Shown: positions 1 through 12,487, counted from the whole stretch's first letter. The stretch: DNA of 63,869 nt, filler included, from Rhabdomonas costata (GCA_019059605.1; 50 parts of 50 records of this genome joined end to end with filler, not necessarily neighbours in it); one strand, 5' to 3'. Translations and numbers: made by a program. The notes: generated by a model from the sequence alone, not told the origin.

Positions 1-225
1 GTGGTGGGTGTGGTTGGTTGGTGGGGGCGAGATCGGCCTTTTGAGGAGGACCCATCAGCAGCAGCAGCGATAGGAGGAAGAATGGCATTGCAGATTCAAA
101 CCCATATCTGTATCGGCTGCAGCACGTCCAAATGCGCTTCGGTTTAGCAAATATTGTGCAGCAGAGGAGTGTAGTACAAACAAGACCACGGTAGCCCCCG
201 CAAGGTCAAAACCCATCGCACGCAC

Positions 226-1013
226 CTCCGCTTGGCCGTTTTCTGCCGCATACATCGCTGCGGTCCAGCCCTCCTCGTTCTGAGCATCGATCTCCGCGCC
301 GCCTCTGACTAACTTCACACAGACCTTTGGACAGAGAAGGAAAAAGACAAAAGCAAAAAAGACAAATCCACAAAGGAAAGGGAAGGCCCAGCGCGTCCAG
401 AACGTCCAGCGCGGAAGTAGAGGTAAGCCGAGTAATATATCGAAACTCAGACGCAAGTGTGCCTGGAGTTTCCGCACAGAAGTTCCGGTAACCCCACAAA
501 AATGCTGATGAGGCTTCCGGCGCACAGGGCTAAAGCGTGCACGGGTTCAGAGTTTACGGTGAACTTACCTATAGGCGCGGGGAGATCTCTAATTCCCCAC
601 TGTCGCACTGTGAGAGGGGGGGAGTGTACAAAAGGCGGTGCTAGTTCTGCAGATACGTTAGGGAAATCCGTTGAGCCACAAGCTTTTGTCCCAACCATAC
701 GGCATAAGGATGCGCTTTTGCCCCGCAGGAATACCAACTCCCCATGAAAATAGGACCCTCATTGAGCTGAGGTTTTGTTGCTAGTAGCCAAAGGTAACCA
801 GTCGAGACCAGTGCGTGGGGGATCGCTCTCAGCACAGCGCATACTTGAAAGAAATCAGAAGCCGTTCACACACGCCCAAAACACAGAGGTCATCCCAACG
901 CACGCGTATCGCACCTCAGTGAGGCCACCCTTGGCGCAGCACATCAAAAAGGTGCGCCCATCGGAGGCCTTCACGCTGAGGTTGGCGCCAAGTTCCGCCA
1001 GAACGGTGACAGT
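226..1013 (-). CDS. Ankyrin-repeat protein, two internal 99-nt exons (1013-915 and 324-226)
   Basis: Exons translate TVTVLAELGANLSVKASDGRTFLMCCAKGGLTE and VCVKLVRGGAEIDAQNEEGWTAAMYAAENGQAE, 33 aa each with ankyrin consensus (GA.., G.T). Each has an AG acceptor after a pyrimidine tract and a GTGCG donor, phase 0. Confidence 0.9.
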
Positions 1014-1180
1014 CTGCAGAAGGGGTACGCAGCCCACATAGAAGGAGAGCGAGAGAAGAAGGCCTCACCCACATCCTCTAGAATAAGAACAAATAGAAAC
1101 AAACTCTGACGACGAGGAGTCCTCCAGAGTGAACTAACCAAACGGAAGGAGGCACAACGAGAGAACTCTGCCCAAAAAAC

Positions 1181-1280
1181 NNNNNNNNNNNNNNNNNNNN
1201 NNNNNNNNNNNNNNNNNNNNNNNNTTAATTAATTAANNNNNNNNNNNNNNNNNNNNNNNNNNNNNNNNNNNNNNNNNNNN
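1181..1280. other. Artificial contig-joining spacer (representative; 49 copies, one about every 1.28 kb, last at 62591-62690)
   Basis: Identical N44-TTAATTAATTAA-N44; the core gives stop codons in all six frames; flanking sequences are unrelated and of near-identical length (length-sorted contigs). Confidence 0.99.
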
Positions 1281-2560
1281 GAGGTAGGGCGTAGGGTGTT
1301 GGTACCCATAGGTATGCTGCCAATGTACAGTATGGTAACCTGTGTGTGTCATCCCGTTCCCAACCTCAATGTCATGTGGTGGTAGTGGCATCGGCGTTCC
1401 TTTCGTTACAGCACCACGTGTAGAAGGTGGGTTAGTCTGTGCGTAGGGTATGTCATGCTGTTATCATCCGGTGGTGGTCATTGGCAGCGTTCCTCCTTCG
1501 CTGGTGGTTATGCATCGAGTGCTAGGCATTGGCTGTCTATCCCTTTGTGTGTGATCCTACCGTTGGAGTGACGTTGTTGGTGATCATCAGGTGGTCGTGG
1601 CGATGTTGGCAACCCAGCGAGGGCCCAACATCCTACACTGTACAAAGGTAGCGGTGTCACAACCCCGTAAACCCTTCGTCTGTGTGGTGGTAGTAGTAGT
1701 AGTAGCATGGTGTCACATCGTCGCTTCTCACCTTGGTGGTGTCATGGCATCCTCTCTCCTTGGCATCGGTTGTACCCTACCGTGTGAGTCCAGTGACTGG
1801 GAGTGGACGTTGTGATGCCATTGGTGGTCAAGGCGTGACATCCCAGGTCGTGTTAGGCTGACCGGGTGCTGCGTTGACCCTGATCTTGGGAGTTACGCGA
1901 AGTGGAGGGCGCCGAGCCCGACATGCAACGTCAACCTTCCTCCTCTTGTTGTCATCCTCACCTCAATGCCTTCCCTACCCTGTGTTGTCATGTCTTGCTC
2001 TGTGTCAAGGGCATCTCACCCAACCTACCTTCGAGTGTGAAAGTGGTGAAGTGGTGATGTTGCCATGAGGTGAAGACATCAGGCCAATACCCTGCTGTTC
2101 CTGACCTGATGCGTAACCCTACCATCCACTTTGCATTCCCGAGGCAAGGGTGTGAGATGTTGGCATTCCTGACGCTACTTCTGATGCAGTGTAAGGGTAA
2201 CGCTTATGCAGTGCAAGAAGAGTGCGTAGGATGGGGTGAAAGGTGGGGTGTCAGAATTCCACCGCTAACCCAACACACAACCCACCAACATGAAGTGCAT
2301 AGCAAGTGCATGATGTTGGATGTCAAAGCGTGAGGGAAAAAAGGGCTCCGCAGGACGATGGGCGATTCAGTCGTCACACTCGCAATCGCTCTCGTCACTG
2401 CGTTCCTCGTACTCATGCTCCTGTTCCTCCACAGCAGAAGTGTAAGACGTCACAAACACCNNNNNNNNNNNNNNNNNNNNNNNNNNNNNNNNNNNNNNNN
2501 NNNNTTAATTAATTAANNNNNNNNNNNNNNNNNNNNNNNNNNNNNNNNNNNNNNNNNNNN

Positions 2561-2840
2561 GGTTTGGGGTAACCGTCGGTGTGTCACTTGGGGTGAAGGA
2601 AGGGGTGGGTGATGGCGTGATGGTGGGGGTGGATGTGGGAGTGTATGTAGGAGTTGAAGAAGGAGAGATTGTAGTGGAGGGTGTCTTTGTGGGTGTTAGG
2701 GATGGACTGAGGGTTTGGCTGGGGGTTGGTGTTAAGGTAGGAGTGCAGGAGGGAGTAAGGGTCGGAGTGAGGGTCCCACCGGCTGTGCTGGTGAAGAAGG
2801 TGAAGAACGCAAGAAGGAAAACAAGGGAGGCAAGTTCCAT
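2561..2840 (-). CDS. Secreted or surface protein N-terminus: signal peptide followed by Thr/Pro/Ser mucin-like repeats (partial)
   Basis: MELASLVFLLAFFTFFTSTAGG followed by about 17 degenerate 4-aa TPT/SPS units; open to the contig edge. Confidence 0.75.
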
Positions 2841-3840
2841 TTTTGGAGGGATGCAAAAAAATACTTGGAAAAAGGATAGACAGGGCGCAGTTTTACAGGG
2901 TTGCCTGCTAGACTGCGAATATGCATTTCATGGTAGATTGCCGTAACTCATATTCATCACTCCCACGTATTGCCCTAACTGATGTACGTCACTACTACTG
3001 ACACAATGGTGACACATTTTTTTTTCAGCATTTCAATGGGGAAGCGAGGGCTTCCGATGCACCGATGCAGCAATTTTATGCCTATGGACGCGCGCAGTTC
3101 GCCAAGCAATCGTCACGGCTTTCTCGCCACAGTTTGTGCACAACCCATGATGGGGGGCGGCACGACTTCTTTGCATACAAGCGTAGGATGTGAGAACAGA
3201 GCCTGCAACCTGGCCCCCACCCCTACTCAAGATGCCGATAACCAAAAGGCATCAAACCAAGACAGTCAGCACGGCACTGCACATGAAAGTTGAAACCGTT
3301 GGGGGGGGGGGGGGTTGGGAAGCGGACCCCTTCAGACCAAAGCACAGCTTGGGAAAGGTTTTGCCCCACATCATATTCGGCACCACGAAGACATGACACC
3401 GCATCACGACACAAACACATCAGAATGGAACGTACAAAACTTGAGCGAAAGAGAGAAGAAGAAACACAGAAAGTACACCCACGACGATCCACCAATGAAT
3501 GATAACCGGGAAGACGGTAACAAACTCGAACTCCTTCGACGGGCAGCCCTCATTACTGTGTGAATGAAATAAAAAAAGCACACAGTACGAGACAACATCA
3601 AAGGGAATTTTCCGAATTAGACGTCACAAGGAAAGGCCCACTTCCATTGCGAATGACCACTGTACACAGATATGAAATTCCTCGTGGGCGTGGGTGCGCC
3701 ATACCACCAACATACTACCCCGCGATTCAGCAAAACAACCNNNNNNNNNNNNNNNNNNNNNNNNNNNNNNNNNNNNNNNNNNNNTTAATTAATTAANNNN
3801 NNNNNNNNNNNNNNNNNNNNNNNNNNNNNNNNNNNNNNNN

Positions 3841-4535
3841 TGGGTGGGGGTGTTTTCCATTCGCTCCACCACGCTGTTGCTCTGACTGTGAGCCTCGATC
3901 AACGTTCCGATGCGCAGGCATTCGTCACAAGCAAAGCGGCCTCCTTTGCAGTCGCAAGTAGCTGCGGTAAAATTCATTGCGGTGACTGAAATCGCGGTGT
4001 CGTTGATGGAAACCAGAGGCGACGATCGGTGAATCGAAGATTCCTGAGAAAGAAAACCGGTGACCCCCGAATCCCACCTCTGTACCATGATGCGTGACAG
4101 CACCGGAACATTGTAATTTACAGCATCAATCTTTTTCAGCATTCGACAGTTCAAACGAAATGAAGCGCCCTTAATAATGAAAATGAAGATCCCATAATAG
4201 GAATAATGTCCAGGGGAGATTCAATCGTGGTTCAACCAGCAGTTATCAGGGGACTTCCCATTACCAATCTACTGATGCTATGCAAACTGAGTTTATTAAC
4301 TTGGAGGTCCGTACCCAGCGTGTAACCCAGAGTCCATACTTCAAGTGAGACAAAGACATCACGCTTGCCCTAACGCATATGCAAAGACGCCTCGTTCCAG
4401 GGCAGGGTGCATATTCAGTACCTGGTGGAGAGTGCTTTCGTCCTTGAGGACCGTGCTGGCAGCAACCTGCGTCTTGTTATCCAGGTGAGCCGTGACTTCC
4501 ACCCATCCCACACGGAGGAACAACAGAATAAACGT
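3841..4535 (-). pseudogene. Frameshifted/interrupted paralogue of the adjacent extracellular-type protein, in inverted orientation
   Basis: 4535-4451 reads TFILLFLRVGWVEVTAHLDNKTQVAAST, matching the plus-strand ORF end at 4936-5020; it continues in broken frames to the contig edge. Confidence 0.35.
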
Positions 4536-5020
4536 TTCCGCCACCGCCACCCCCACCAAGTCAGAGACATTAACCTCGAACTCGGGGGATACAGGCCTAC
4601 GTGCGTTTTTTGAGCACAACACCAGGTCCTTGTACGCATTCAACCTCTCGTCGACGGTGGTTCAGAATGGCGCATCTCAGTTTCAAGCAGGGTCCTACCT
4701 CATGAACGTCACTGTCGTTAATGCCAGCTTGAGCGACACGGTGCTGTACGTCGAGCTGGTGACTCAGGGTAACGATTCTTCTCCCACCGGTGGCAACGGT
4801 TCCGCGGCAGGCGGAGAAACGGGCCGCAATGCGATTCCGTTTCTTGTTCGAGTGGACGTTCTCTCCAACGCCATTAACGACGTCACCTTCTCGACATTGG
4901 ATAAAGTCAGCACGCAGACTGTGCAGGTGGTGAAGACGTTTATTCTGTTGTTCCTCCGTGTGGGATGGGTGGAAGTTACGGCTCACTTGGACAACAAGAC
5001 GCAGGTTGCTTCCAGCACGG
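4536..5020 (+). CDS. Hypothetical extracellular glycoprotein-like fragment (intronless, partial)
   Basis: Open frame of about 160 codons, S/T/V/N-rich, with several N-x-S/T sequons (NLS, NVT, NAS, NDS, NGS, NKT). No family recognised. Confidence 0.5.
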
Positions 5021-5281
5021 NNNNNNNNNNNNNNNNNNNNNNNNNNNNNNNNNNNNNNNNNNNNTTAATTAATTAANNNNNNNNNNNNNNNNNNNNNNNN
5101 NNNNNNNNNNNNNNNNNNNNCAATGTTGTTACACAATGGGGCACCCAGCCTACCATAAAAGTCAACATTGACCGAATGGGGGAAAGGGGGGTTCGAGCTG
5201 GGGAATTATTGACCCTAAAAAGTGCATTTTAAAATCGAGCTTTGTCAGGTATATTCCATAATTTCCGCTGGCGCGGTGCAG

Positions 5282-6063
5282 TTCTCGAAGATTCAAAGCG
5301 GGATGCTTGTGCTGGATATCCGCCCCTTCCTGCTGCACGACTGCATCGACCGCACCCTGGAGATTGTCCAGATGAAGGCAGAAGCCAAGGGCCTGGAGCT
5401 GGTGTCCTGGGTCAGCTCTGCCGTGCCGTGGGTCTCGTCTGGGGACGCTGGGCGGCTGCGGCAGGTCCTATTAAACCTCCTCGGCAACGCCATCAAGGCA
5501 TGCGTGGCGTGTGACCAAAAGCGATCGGCAAGGAAATATTGCAGAAGGCAGAGCATAGTGTCACGGAGAAAACACTGTTGCGCTGACTGGGGGAGTGGAG
5601 GACGTCTGGGTGGTGAGCCCATAAAATGCCAGGAAGAACAACCCTTTCAAAGCACTCGCTTTTACAATGAAAGTGCTTCTTCCTCCCTGCCCTGTTGTAT
5701 TCCGTGCAGTCCAGCGGAAGCGTGGCACTTGAACGCACTTGAAGTGGAGAGGGTGAAAGGGTGTCTGTCCATTGCATCTGTTCCGCGTGAAGGGGTGAGG
5801 GGGACAGTCTGCTGGTTTGTCATACGGGGAAACTGGAACCCACCGAAACAGTGATTCTATTTATAAACTTAACAGGAAATTATATACATGTTCCGTCGTG
5901 TTGTGGCCATATGGGAATTTTCAGTTCACCCCAAATGGGCGAGTCAGCCTCCGCTGCTTCCCCAACGCCGACCTATGCAGACTGCAGTTTGAGATTCAGG
6001 ACACAGGAATCGGCCTCAGTGAGCAAACCATCGAGCGGCTGTTTCATCCGTTCGTACAAGCAG
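5282..6063 (+). CDS. Two-component histidine kinase fragment (end of HisKA plus HATPase_c N and G1/F boxes); exons 5282-5497 and 5925-6063
   Basis: FSKIQSGML..PF.L..., GDAGRLRQVLLNLLGNAIK|FTPNGRV...FEIQDTGIGLSEQTIERLFHPFVQA. Splicing 5497 to 5925 restores the conserved NAIKFT via a GC-AG intron. Confidence 0.93.
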
Positions 6064-9000
6064 GTGCCCTTCTCCTCTATGTTTCCATGAAATCGAGAAC
6101 CTTTCCTTCAATGGCTTCTCTCTGACCGTCGCATATTCTCTGTGGGTATATGTGGGTGGGCGAATTGAGCCGGGCTTCTTGCGGATTTAGATAAGGTCTC
6201 CGATTTGGTGCTTCTTTCTCACACGCTGGTGTTCCGCCCGCAGCTTTCCGTTGCTACAAGGAATTTTCACACCAAATATGCCGCCCGCCCCCCCACCCAC
6301 NNNNNNNNNNNNNNNNNNNNNNNNNNNNNNNNNNNNNNNNNNNNTTAATTAATTAANNNNNNNNNNNNNNNNNNNNNNNNNNNNNNNNNNNNNNNNNNNN
6401 CAACAGGGAGCCCCAGACCGGGGCTGACCTCTCCTGCATCCTCGGTACCGAGCTTCACTCTACCACTGTCTGGCTTGTGTAAACTCTCGCTCCACCCTAC
6501 CCCTCCCTCCCGGGAGGGGTTTTCTTCTAATGCCTGGTTTTGGTGCTTTTTCACGGAGTGAAGCTTTCTGGTCCCTCTTTTCGACTCAGCAATAGTTTAT
6601 TGGGTTGCGATAGAACCTCCGGTGGCATTCCGCGCTGCGGCACTTCTCAAAACTCACCGCTGTGATCTGTTGTGCGGTTCCAGTGCAAAAAATGCCCCCG
6701 ACTTTTGTTCCGAGTGTCTGTCGTTTTGTTCGTGTGCTGTTTTTGTTCTCTGCAATGTCACCTGGGATCGGTTATCATCGGCAGTTTAACTGAAATCTTG
6801 CACATTGAGGGCGAAACATGACGCGCGCGAGTTTGTTGTGAGTGTGCTTGGGTTCCTTGGCCGGAGTCACGCTCACCCGTTGCCTTGTACAGAATCTCAG
6901 TGCGTTTCTCTTCTCTGTCATCCAACTCAATGTGACTCAATGTGTCTTCCGCTGTACGTCCTCCTTCCTTTGCACTTCTGCACTGTACTGCATCTCTGCT
7001 CGCTGTGGTTCCAGTTGCGGTGCTTTCCTCCGCCACCAACCCCACCTTCGCTCCTATCCATCTGACCCCTCTGGTTGCGTACCTGGCGGGTCATTCTCCA
7101 TTCCCACAAAAAAATTTGATGGGTGCGGAGTTGGGTCTCAATTGGAGTGCATATGCCTTTGCAGGGGTTCTGTGCACCTGCGGCTGTCCCCAGTGCCGCG
7201 TCACCCCGATCTACCACCACGCCCGCCGTTCCACCGGCTCCACCTCCCCTGGCGCTAACTTCTACGCTCGCCCCCGCTGGCTCCCTTCCTCCAAAGAAGC
7301 GGGGTAGACGAGCCCGGCCCGCCATGGACACAGCTGGGGTTGTGCCCTCCCCTACTTCCACTCTCCCCTCCCGCCGGAGGCAACCCGAGGGCGAGGACTC
7401 GTGCGCCAATTGTTGTTGTTACTAGTTCTGAATAAACGGCAGGTTGTAAAGAAAATGGCAGGCGAAGAACAAAAACGATACCTAAAGTCTTAAACTGCCT
7501 CCAAAACCCTTCGCAACTTATGGTGTTGCGGTGAGTCATGCCAGTTTACACTACACTCACAGTCTCACCACCCCCCCACCNNNNNNNNNNNNNNNNNNNN
7601 NNNNNNNNNNNNNNNNNNNNNNNNTTAATTAATTAANNNNNNNNNNNNNNNNNNNNNNNNNNNNNNNNNNNNNNNNNNNNGGTGTGGGGGTGGATGTGTG
7701 CCGCGGCCTCCTTGAGGTTATCGACAACAGTTAGCAATTTCACGACAAAATAGTACCTTTGGTTTAACTCTTCTGTGCTGCATTGGCAATGCGATGCAAA
7801 GTGATCATCCTCATTCCGCCTTTTAGTGGACTGTAGGTATGCTTGTTGCCGATCCAAAACTTTCAGCTCGAAAAGACAATCCTGGCATCAGCAGCACTTG
7901 TCACTCCTCGTTGGAACGGTATCATCATTTTTGCGCGGCACACACACAAAAAAAGAATTCCCAAAAGGGAATTCCTTGGAAATCCCCTCTCGTTCCACAT
8001 TTTTTCTCGCACCAGAGTGAACAACACGAGTCCCGAGGAGATGTCCCAGCAGTGAATTTCCTTGTCCCTGGAACCTGCAAAAATGAAGATGAAACCAAGA
8101 TAAGATGAAAGAACATATGATCAGTGTACATATGTTTGTTGTTTGCTTGCCTGCTGAGCAGGCGCCACGTCTGCTTGAACATGTCTAGAAACCACTAGCA
8201 CCAATTTTACTTTGAGTGAAAGTCCATTAAACGGCATACCTTAACTAAACAGGCCCAGGAAGAAGACGAAACAACCCCACGACAGTCACAGCAAACAACC
8301 GTCCGGATGCAAAGCCATATTGCTTCAAAAAGTCCCGCAACTTGTCCTCCTCAGCGCATAAACCCTCGAGCTCAAACAGAGAAAACATAACAATTCTGCA
8401 AAGAGGCGACGCTCCCTAACCCCCGCAAGTCAATACACCTTGCATCGCTCCGTAACCCCCCCCAAAAATTAATCCTATTCTTGGGCCAGTTTAGTAAAGG
8501 CCATTAAACATACGGAGTAGTGAGTATGCAAGACCAGGGGCACTCTTATCAGAGATGAAAACGGCAAATAGGTAAACGATTGAACTGGTCCAGCTTCTCA
8601 GCATTTGCCATGCAAGAATGTGTAAGTGATGTGTAAGTGAGGTGAAAGGGGTGAACTGTGGGTTGAGCAGCTGGATGATCTGATGTCTTACTGGAGTGAC
8701 TGGCGTTTCGACTCTGGCGGAGTGGTTGGGTCATCATCAGCAAGGCACCATCTCCGCCTGCCTTGGACGCTCTTCGTCGAGTTCTTTGGGACTGTGGGGT
8801 CGAGGTCGACTTTTTGTGGGATGCTTGGCATGTGGAATCGGTGCCTTGCTGATGATGACNNNNNNNNNNNNNNNNNNNNNNNNNNNNNNNNNNNNNNNNN
8901 NNNTTAATTAATTAANNNNNNNNNNNNNNNNNNNNNNNNNNNNNNNNNNNNNNNNNNNNGTGTTGGGGGTCTCTGTCGTGTTTTATGGCATGGCGGGCGT

Positions 9001-10239
9001 TGTGAAACATTGTGGAACACATGTACTGGGGGAACTTGGGGAGGCAGCTTTGCTCTCTGCCACACTCCCTCAGAAATGATGCGTATGCGATGAGCATGCG
9101 AGCATCTTTCGTGATAAGTGGTCATGGTATTCTTGGAGCTATGGCTCTCAGTTGTCTTTTGGGGCACACATGCATACACACACACTCACAAAGTCGTTTC
9201 GGAATGGAGCGACCACTCATCGGCTTGCTTCGAGCCCTGCGCTCGCCTCTCTTCAGACAGTTACCCAGTTGCAATTCAAGGACCAGTACCCTCCACCCCC
9301 TCTGTCACGTTGGGTTCTTCAGTTCAGGTTGGCGTCGTTTTCCGGCTTTTGGCCAGCTGCGCCTCCCCATTAAATTTGGAGTTGCGTCTGGTCACCGGGG
9401 TCCAATGCAATCGTTCAAGTGTGCCCGGGGCCTCTTCTCTCTTTTTCTTCTCTCCGCAGCCCTGTTCTCTTTCCAGCGAACAACAAATCCCTGCGCTGGA
9501 AAGTCTTTCTGAGAAAGAAGAGGAAACTGCTCATCGTCGCTCCACCCCTCGGACTGTTCGCTTCGCCCTCCCACTTACATTGTGCACCTTTGCCAATTTA
9601 GTCTTTCTCAGTAGGACACCCCCCCCATTCTGCCGAGCTCCCCCCGTTTTGTGCGACCGCCCCAGAAAGACTCTCCTCGGACCTTTCCCTCGGCGTGTGC
9701 GCATCCCATTTACATTCCCACCCGCACTCGCAAAATAAAAAAGCACACCACCAAAATAGCTGCGGACGCGCCGGGGACGCTGCCGGCAAACCAAGTAACA
9801 TGAGTTCCTTTTTTTGGCAGGTCCCAATGGTCATATAAAAGCCGCACTGGAACAGGGAAGTCCTCAAATGCATGTTCACACAGCCACGGGACACGCTGTC
9901 ACGGACACAGCCCATTTGTTTGGAGGGGTGCTTGCCAAATGAATAAAAATGGAAACCGGAGGAAGACTCAGAATGGGAACGAGAAAGTGAAAGACATAGA
10001 CAGATGACAGAATGGTGCACAGCCTATTAAAAAAAGCAACAAAAATGCAAAGATCCCTAGCGCGGCATTACGAAGTCTTTAGCGGCCAACAAAAAATTGC
10101 TGAGCATCTGCAAGATTTCTTCTGGCTTTATGTAACCCTNNNNNNNNNNNNNNNNNNNNNNNNNNNNNNNNNNNNNNNNNNNNTTAATTAATTAANNNNN
10201 NNNNNNNNNNNNNNNNNNNNNNNNNNNNNNNNNNNNNNN

Positions 10240-11276
10240 CTAAAACATGGAAAAATAATCATAAGAGAATCAGAAAATTTATTTGTACATGGTGGTTTAA
10301 TTAATAAAGGTATTATAATGAATACTGCACAATTTCTTAGTTGGAAGAGAAAACGAAATGTCAATATAACAAACAATCCAATTAAAATTCAACGTATACA
10401 AGATGTAGATGAGACTACATACTATACTTCGATTTCTTTTGTACCATCATATGAGGATTTTAATTTTCAAATCAGTGGATGGATTCGAGATTTAAATAAA
10501 TGGTATACAGAAATTGTTACTACCATTTCTGACAAAGATCGATATACATTGTATGATGATGATAATTTTATAAAATTAATAGAATATACATTTAGTGACA
10601 AAGATATAACAACGGCAATGTGTGGTAAACATATTAATAGTGACGGAATGCCTTTATATTTATCAGATGTTACAAAAAATATCGCGGGCAATATAAAAAG
10701 TAGTAGTTATACAGTTCTTGAATTATTAAAAGAGAATATTATAACTAATTTATTTGTTGGTCATACACCTGTTGGATTTTCACCTACATTCATACCTGAA
10801 AATGATTTTTTAACAATAATGTTAAATACATCTATGTCAGGTTGCGGACCTCGTGATTTTTCTGTTTCATCAATTGTATTATCATTAAATGAACAAAATT
10901 TTACATTAGAAAGTAAACAAATTGTTCGAAAAGATACTTCATATCTTTTTATGTTACAGATAGTCTTGGTAAAATAAAAGATATATATGGACAAGGAAAT
11001 TCAACAACAACATACAACAGACAGATAATAGATGAATTACCTTTAATAAAATTAGGTAATACTACAGATGTATTAGATCGACTACAACTTTTTGATACTA
11101 AATGTGATGCTACAACTCCAATTAATCCTACAAATCAAAATACATATTTAAAGACACTTGTTGTTGATAAAGGAAGATTATATAAATTATATGTATCTAT
11201 TGAAGGATTTAAACATAAATATACATCAGTTGAAGTCGTAACTAATAGTCCTGAAATAATTTCTGATGTATTTTAA
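10240..11276 (+). CDS. Calcineurin-like metallophosphoesterase C-terminal part; AT-rich, intronless, virus-like; apparent -1 frameshift near 10917
   Basis: Frame open from the contig start with LFVHGGL, LFVGHTPVG and LNTSMS motifs (HGG, GHT and DTxxS-type boxes) to the stop at 10977. The -1 frame 10917-11276 is open for 119 codons with no ATG. Confidence 0.7.
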
Positions 11277-11285
11277 TTCAATACA

Positions 11286-11318
11286 ATTTATTTAGATTAA
11301 ATAATTATCTGAATAAAT
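11286..11318 (+). terminator. AT-rich hairpin directly after the stop codon (candidate Mimiviridae-type 3'-end hairpin)
   Basis: ATTTATTTAGAT (11286-11297) pairs with ATCTGAATAAAT (11307-11318), 12 bp with one G.T pair, in the 64-nt intergenic gap. Confidence 0.5.
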
Positions 11319-11340
11319 ATTATCGTTTAAAATTATATAC

Positions 11341-11412
11341 ATGGAAAATTATCAACATAAATATCTTAAATATAAATCAAAATATATAGATGCGAAAGAG
11401 AAACAACAAAAA
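11341..11412 (+). CDS. N-terminus of a protein with the giant-virus-type KYLKYKxKY motif (partial)
   Basis: ATG at 11341 gives MENYQHKYLKYKSKYIDAKEKQQ; I recognise this motif from Klosneuvirinae/Mimiviridae proteins. Confidence 0.7.
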
Positions 11413-12487
11413 NNNNNNNNNNNNNNNNNNNNNNNNNNNNNNNNNNNNNNNNNNNNTTAATTAATTAANNNNNNNNNNNNNNNNNNNNNNNNNNNNNNNN
11501 NNNNNNNNNNNNGTGGGTGGGTGTCCAAGACAAAGGCACAAACGGATCTGGCGTCGACATCCCTGCCCTGAAGCGTTCAGGAGGGCACATGGGAATGGAG
11601 GAAGAGGGGGTGCGGGAGAAAGGGAGGGGGCACCTCGTCAAAACCAGTGGAGGAACGGTGGCGGGAGCTGACCGCCGACGCCGACGCCGAAGGAGTGTGC
11701 AGGACGTCAGGCTCGGGGGGCAGCAGAGGGGGCGACGGCCCCTTCGCACTGCTGAAAGGTGCACCACACGACAGCCAGAAGCACTGGTCGAGGGGCAAAG
11801 TTCCAATTCAAAGAGCGTGATTGCTTTGCACGCACTTTTTCCTGGGGGGATGTATCATGGGTGTATGAACTTATGTATGAACTTAAATTTATGGTACCTT
11901 AGACGCAGAAACTCAGAAAATCTAATGTGACGGTGTTCCCTTTTTCCGTGGTTGTTGCTCTTTCGTTTCGAAGTCATTTTGCCCCATGTGAAGCCGTTGT
12001 CTCAGCACAACTTTTGTCTGAACCCGAAAGTAATGAGATATGAAACCGTGAGGTGCCTTCTGCGCCGAAGTCGCCACTTTTCGGGTGCTTCCGTGTTTGA
12101 GCTGATTTTCTGCTGCAAGTTGTGGCGGATTTTGGTGTTTGGTGAAGGGAGATATGAAGAAGTCTGAAGTACCTATGTGGTGCAAGTTCTGAGTTTTGGG
12201 TGTAGCGTACTTGATCAGAAGCAGGAAGGAAAACGTCTCAACGCGTTTCGGGTTTCTTATGCACTATCCACATTAGCAGCACCCGAACGCGAGCACAAAC
12301 CATATCCCCACCATGCAGGACACTTAGATTTCATCGGTTGGAAGGAGAACGGGAAAGGGAAGGGTTTCGCACAGCTTACTTTGTCCTGGACTGACTGGAT
12401 TCTAGCGACCAGAGACCACCACAGATGTCGTGTGTGTATGTGTCATGACGGATAAAGATGCGAAAACCGAAGGTGGGCATCGAATGC

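Noticed and set aside
1-27. G/T-rich contig ends as telomeres
   Set aside because: No fixed repeat unit such as TTAGGG; present on most contigs; consistent with primer remnants.
6701-6732. Resemblance to the Euglena spliced leader (GAGTGTCT...TTTT..TTCG)
   Set aside because: Only an 8-nt exact core, gaps needed, and no clear SL intron or Sm site.
6401-10139. Numerous 60-200 aa ORFs in the supplied track here and in other gene-poor contigs
   Set aside because: No motifs, codon bias or splice support; consistent with chance ORFs in intronic or intergenic DNA.
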